A stretch of DNA of 64,000 nucleotides from Camelus ferus. Its lineage: Eukaryota. The translations under genes were made by a program, and so were the position numbers. Positions 61,085 through 64,000 of this stretch are shown here, piece after piece. The notes beneath the pieces are model-generated. The model worked only from the letters and a program-made list of their open reading frames with translations, was not told the origin of the DNA and made no database searches. The first letter of the stretch is position 1. Each line of letters starts with the position of its first letter. The stretch is taken from assembly GCF_009834535.1 (NCBI RefSeq), contig NC_045707.1:10478001-10542000 (forward strand), read 5' to 3'.

Positions 61085-61900
61085 GTGTGACTGAGCACAG
61101 TGGGGGTGGGGCGGAGCAGGAGCAGCTGGGGTCAGAGAGACTGTGAGGGGCCAGGCCACGGTGGGGGGGGGGCTTTGAGGTAGGGTTCACCGTAAGTGCT
61201 TCTGAAGCACTGGTGGCTTTGAGCAGAAGAACGATGCCATGTGAGTTAAGGGTTTTAAAGTCTCGCCGTGACCACACAGCTGATACTGCATGGCGTTTCA
61301 TGATCTAGTCGTGCCCACTCCCTTGGCTGTACCCTCAACTCTCTTGCCCCTCTTTCATTTCATCATCCTCACTTGGGCCAAACCACATCTCTGATCATCT
61401 CCAACTAGATACCTACTCACCTGCACCTGCTCAGGTGAGTGTAGCTGGAGAAAAACGCAGCACCATGCTGAAAGGTCTCATTTTAAATTCTTTTTAAAAT
61501 TAAAGTACAGTCAGTTACAATGTTTCAATTTCTGGCATGTAGCACAATGTCCCAGTCATGGAAATACATATAGGTTTTTTTCATATTCTTTTTTATTAAA
61601 GGTTATTACAAGATACTGAATATAGTCACTTTAAATTCTTGATCCCTACCTTTAAGTGGGCTCTTGAAACTGCCCAGAAATTTCCACCACATTTTCCAGT
61701 CCATTCTCTCTCCTGCTTTCCTAGATGACTTTCCCTCCTCTTTTCTCCTCACATTCCCGATACCTCCTGGCTCCCCCTCTCATCCTAGGGCCTTGCTTAG
61801 TATCGCACTTTAAATACATGCTCCCGTGGACAGTTCTCCAAAGAAATATTATTTGCCTTAGTATATTCTCACTTAACTTTTTAAACCAGCAGGAAGGAGG
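61085..61900. mobile_element. L2 fragments (minus about 61085-61310, plus about 61320-61900)
   Basis: gctttgagcagaagaacgatgcc; gctggagaaaaacgcagcaccatgctg...aagtgggctcttgaaactgccc. Confidence 0.7.
61493..61626 (-). mobile_element. Short L1 3' tail with clear target-site duplication
   Basis: TTTAAATTCTT at 61482-61492 and 61630-61640; host L2 continues across the insertion. Confidence 0.85.
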
Positions 61901-62999
61901 GAGAAAAAAACCCCACAAGGCAATTTCCAAATCTACTATGATAGCTGTGCTCAAATCTAATTGCAATGAAATTGTAGTTGATTTAATTATCGGCATTTAG
62001 AAAAATAAATTTTGCTTGATACATGTGTGTTACATGGAGTTCCAAAAGAGCTCCAAATTCCAGTAAGTGATTAGTTCATTATGTAGACTAATTGCTTTTA
62101 CAGTTATAAATAAATTCAGAACATCACAGACCTAAAGCATACACCTGTGCACTAATTGCTTTTCTGAGAGCTGTTTCCATGGCTGCAGAGCAGACGTTCC
62201 GCCACCAACAGACAGGATGGTACAGGTGGATCCCAGAGACATATTTCAGAGAGGGCACATTCATGCCAGGGCTTTGGCAACAACAAGCTTCAGCACTGCA
62301 AGTCTCTGGACAGCTCCACCCCAAAGATTCTGCACTAACTCAGAACTTCAGAAGCATACTAATTAGGTCTGGAAAGGATTTAGGAAAAAAAAAAAAAAAA
62401 AAGCGCTGGTGAGGACACTGGGCCTCAGAGACTTTAAGTAGCACCCTCAATCCCCCACGGTAGATTAAGCAACAAAGTGGAGCTGGCGCCCTGGCTCACT
62501 TGAACCCAAATTCTTAGCTTTTTTCCTGTACAACGGCAATTGGTGGAAACAATGCTTCCTGGGGAACATTTTTAAAAGAAACTAATGACCAAAACTCTGG
62601 ATGCTTTAGTTAAATATGTGCATTTTAAAAGGCTTACTTCTGCCTGAATTTGCATAATGGTCCTTTCCCACAGGCCAAAGTTACCTTTTACTCTGTTTAA
62701 TAGACTCAATGTTGCATTATTAAGAACCATATGCAAAATGATGACCTCAGGAGGCTCCTCTCCCCAACACGACTTCTTCCCTGATCACTCACCTGTGACC
62801 TCTGTGGCCCCGTCAGCCTCCTGATGGGGCTGTAAGTGTTTCTTTGGTCCAGGTGTCTAAATGGAGCCTCATTACCTGATGAATCCCCAGGGCTGGGAGA
62901 AGAAAGCCTGAATGGTGTAGAAATGACTTCCTTTCTTAGCCTTGAGCACACACAAGCCCTTTCATCAGAATTTAGCGCAAGCAAGACCATTTCTTTTCT

Positions 63000-64000
63000 T
63001 TTCCTTTTTATTTTGAAACGATCTCAAACTTGCAAGAAAAAAGTTGCAAAAATAGTGCCCATCACTGGAAGACCCTACTCAAGTTTCACCAGTTGTCCCA
63101 ACGATGCCCTTTAATAGCAGAAGAACCCAATTCAGGACCACTCATCACAGCCTCTTACAATCTCTCTTTAGGATCTTTCTGGAACAGTTCCTTGACTTTC
63201 ATGACCTTGGTATGTTTTCAGATGACAGGCTGGTCATTTTGTAGTATGTCCATTAATTTAGGGTTGTCTGATGGTTCCTTATGATTGGACCCAGGTTATG
63301 TATCTTTATCCAGAATATTACACACACACTGCTGTGTATGTCTCATTACATCTTATCAGGTGTCATGTTATCGATGATAACTTTCATCACTGTTGCAGTT
63401 AGCTATTGCTGTGTGACAAACAACCCCAGCACTTAGTAGCATAAAACAACCATTGTATAAGCTTGATGGTTTCTGTGTATTGGGACTTCAGGGAAGCCTC
63501 AGCTGGGAGTTCAGATTTGGGATCTCTCATGTGGTGACAGTGAGAGGTGGCTACAACTGGTGGCTGGACCTTTCTCCCTCTCTTTCTTCCTATAGTCTTA
63601 GGACCACTCCATGCAGGCCAGTTTAGACTTTCCAACAGCATGCCATTCCAGGGCTGTTGGACTCCTGACGGGGCAGCTGGCTTCCTCAGAGTGCATGTTC
63701 TAAGAACGCAAGGTGGAAGTGCATGGCATTTTGATGACCTAGCCTCAGGTGTCACACTTCCACCATATTCTGTTGGCCAAGGAAGTCACTAGACCAATCC
63801 ATGTTCAAAGGGAGGGGACAGACCTCACCCCGTGATGGGGGAGTGTCAGGTCCTGCAAGAAGGGCAGGTAGGATGGGAGATACTGTAGAAGGCATCTTTG
63901 GAAAATACAATCTGTCACATTATTTGATTAAGATAGTATCTGTCAGGCTTCTTTTCTGTTGGGTTACTGCTTTTTTTTCCTGGTTTGTTTTTGCAATTTA
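63000..64000 (-). mobile_element. L1MC/MD-like 3' end interrupted by an MLT1 LTR
   Basis: tttcatgaccttgg...ttttgtagtatgtcc...gggttgtctgatg; resumes at gattaagatagtatctgtcagg. Confidence 0.7.
63390..63919 (-). mobile_element. Older MLT1 (F/G/H-like) solo LTR
   Basis: gttagctattgctgtgtgacaaacaacccc...ccatattctgttggccaagg...tttggaaaatacaatctgtcaca. Confidence 0.85.

Noticed and set aside
1-64000. Imprinted-cluster features (H19 ICR repeats, SNORD113/114, DLK1-DIO3 miRNAs) or a named host gene
   Set aside because: No diagnostic sequence recognised; the locus cannot be named without alignment

Overview
This is mammalian non-coding DNA, most likely camelid: a tRNA-derived SINE at 43392-43512 matches the camelid Vic-1 family as I recall it, and there are many cetartiodactyl-type L1 3' tails. 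The window is GC- and CpG-rich overall, with AT-rich L1 blocks at about 0-2 kb, 28-35 kb and 52-55 kb and an assembly gap at 52698-52976. I recognise no protein-coding exon, tRNA, rRNA or miRNA gene and cannot name the locus; most ORF-track entries are GC-rich artefacts or decayed L1 ORF1/ORF2. Much of the window is interspersed repeat (L1, L2, MIR, MLT1/MLT2, ERV1 solo LTRs, MER5A); the unique sequence looks like a regulatory landscape (CTCF motif, homeodomain/TALE, TCF and forkhead clusters). Most notable: (i) a 340-bp TSD-flanked element made of an L1 5' end fused to an L1 3' end, (ii) strongly directional A/T to G/C substitution in several repeats, (iii) a twin-primed 5'-inverted L1, and (iv) an 11-bp tandem repeat forming a DR5 nuclear-receptor array. 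Repeat family names and consensus comparisons are from memory, not a database search, and repeat boundaries are approximate. I found no convincing novel gene system.
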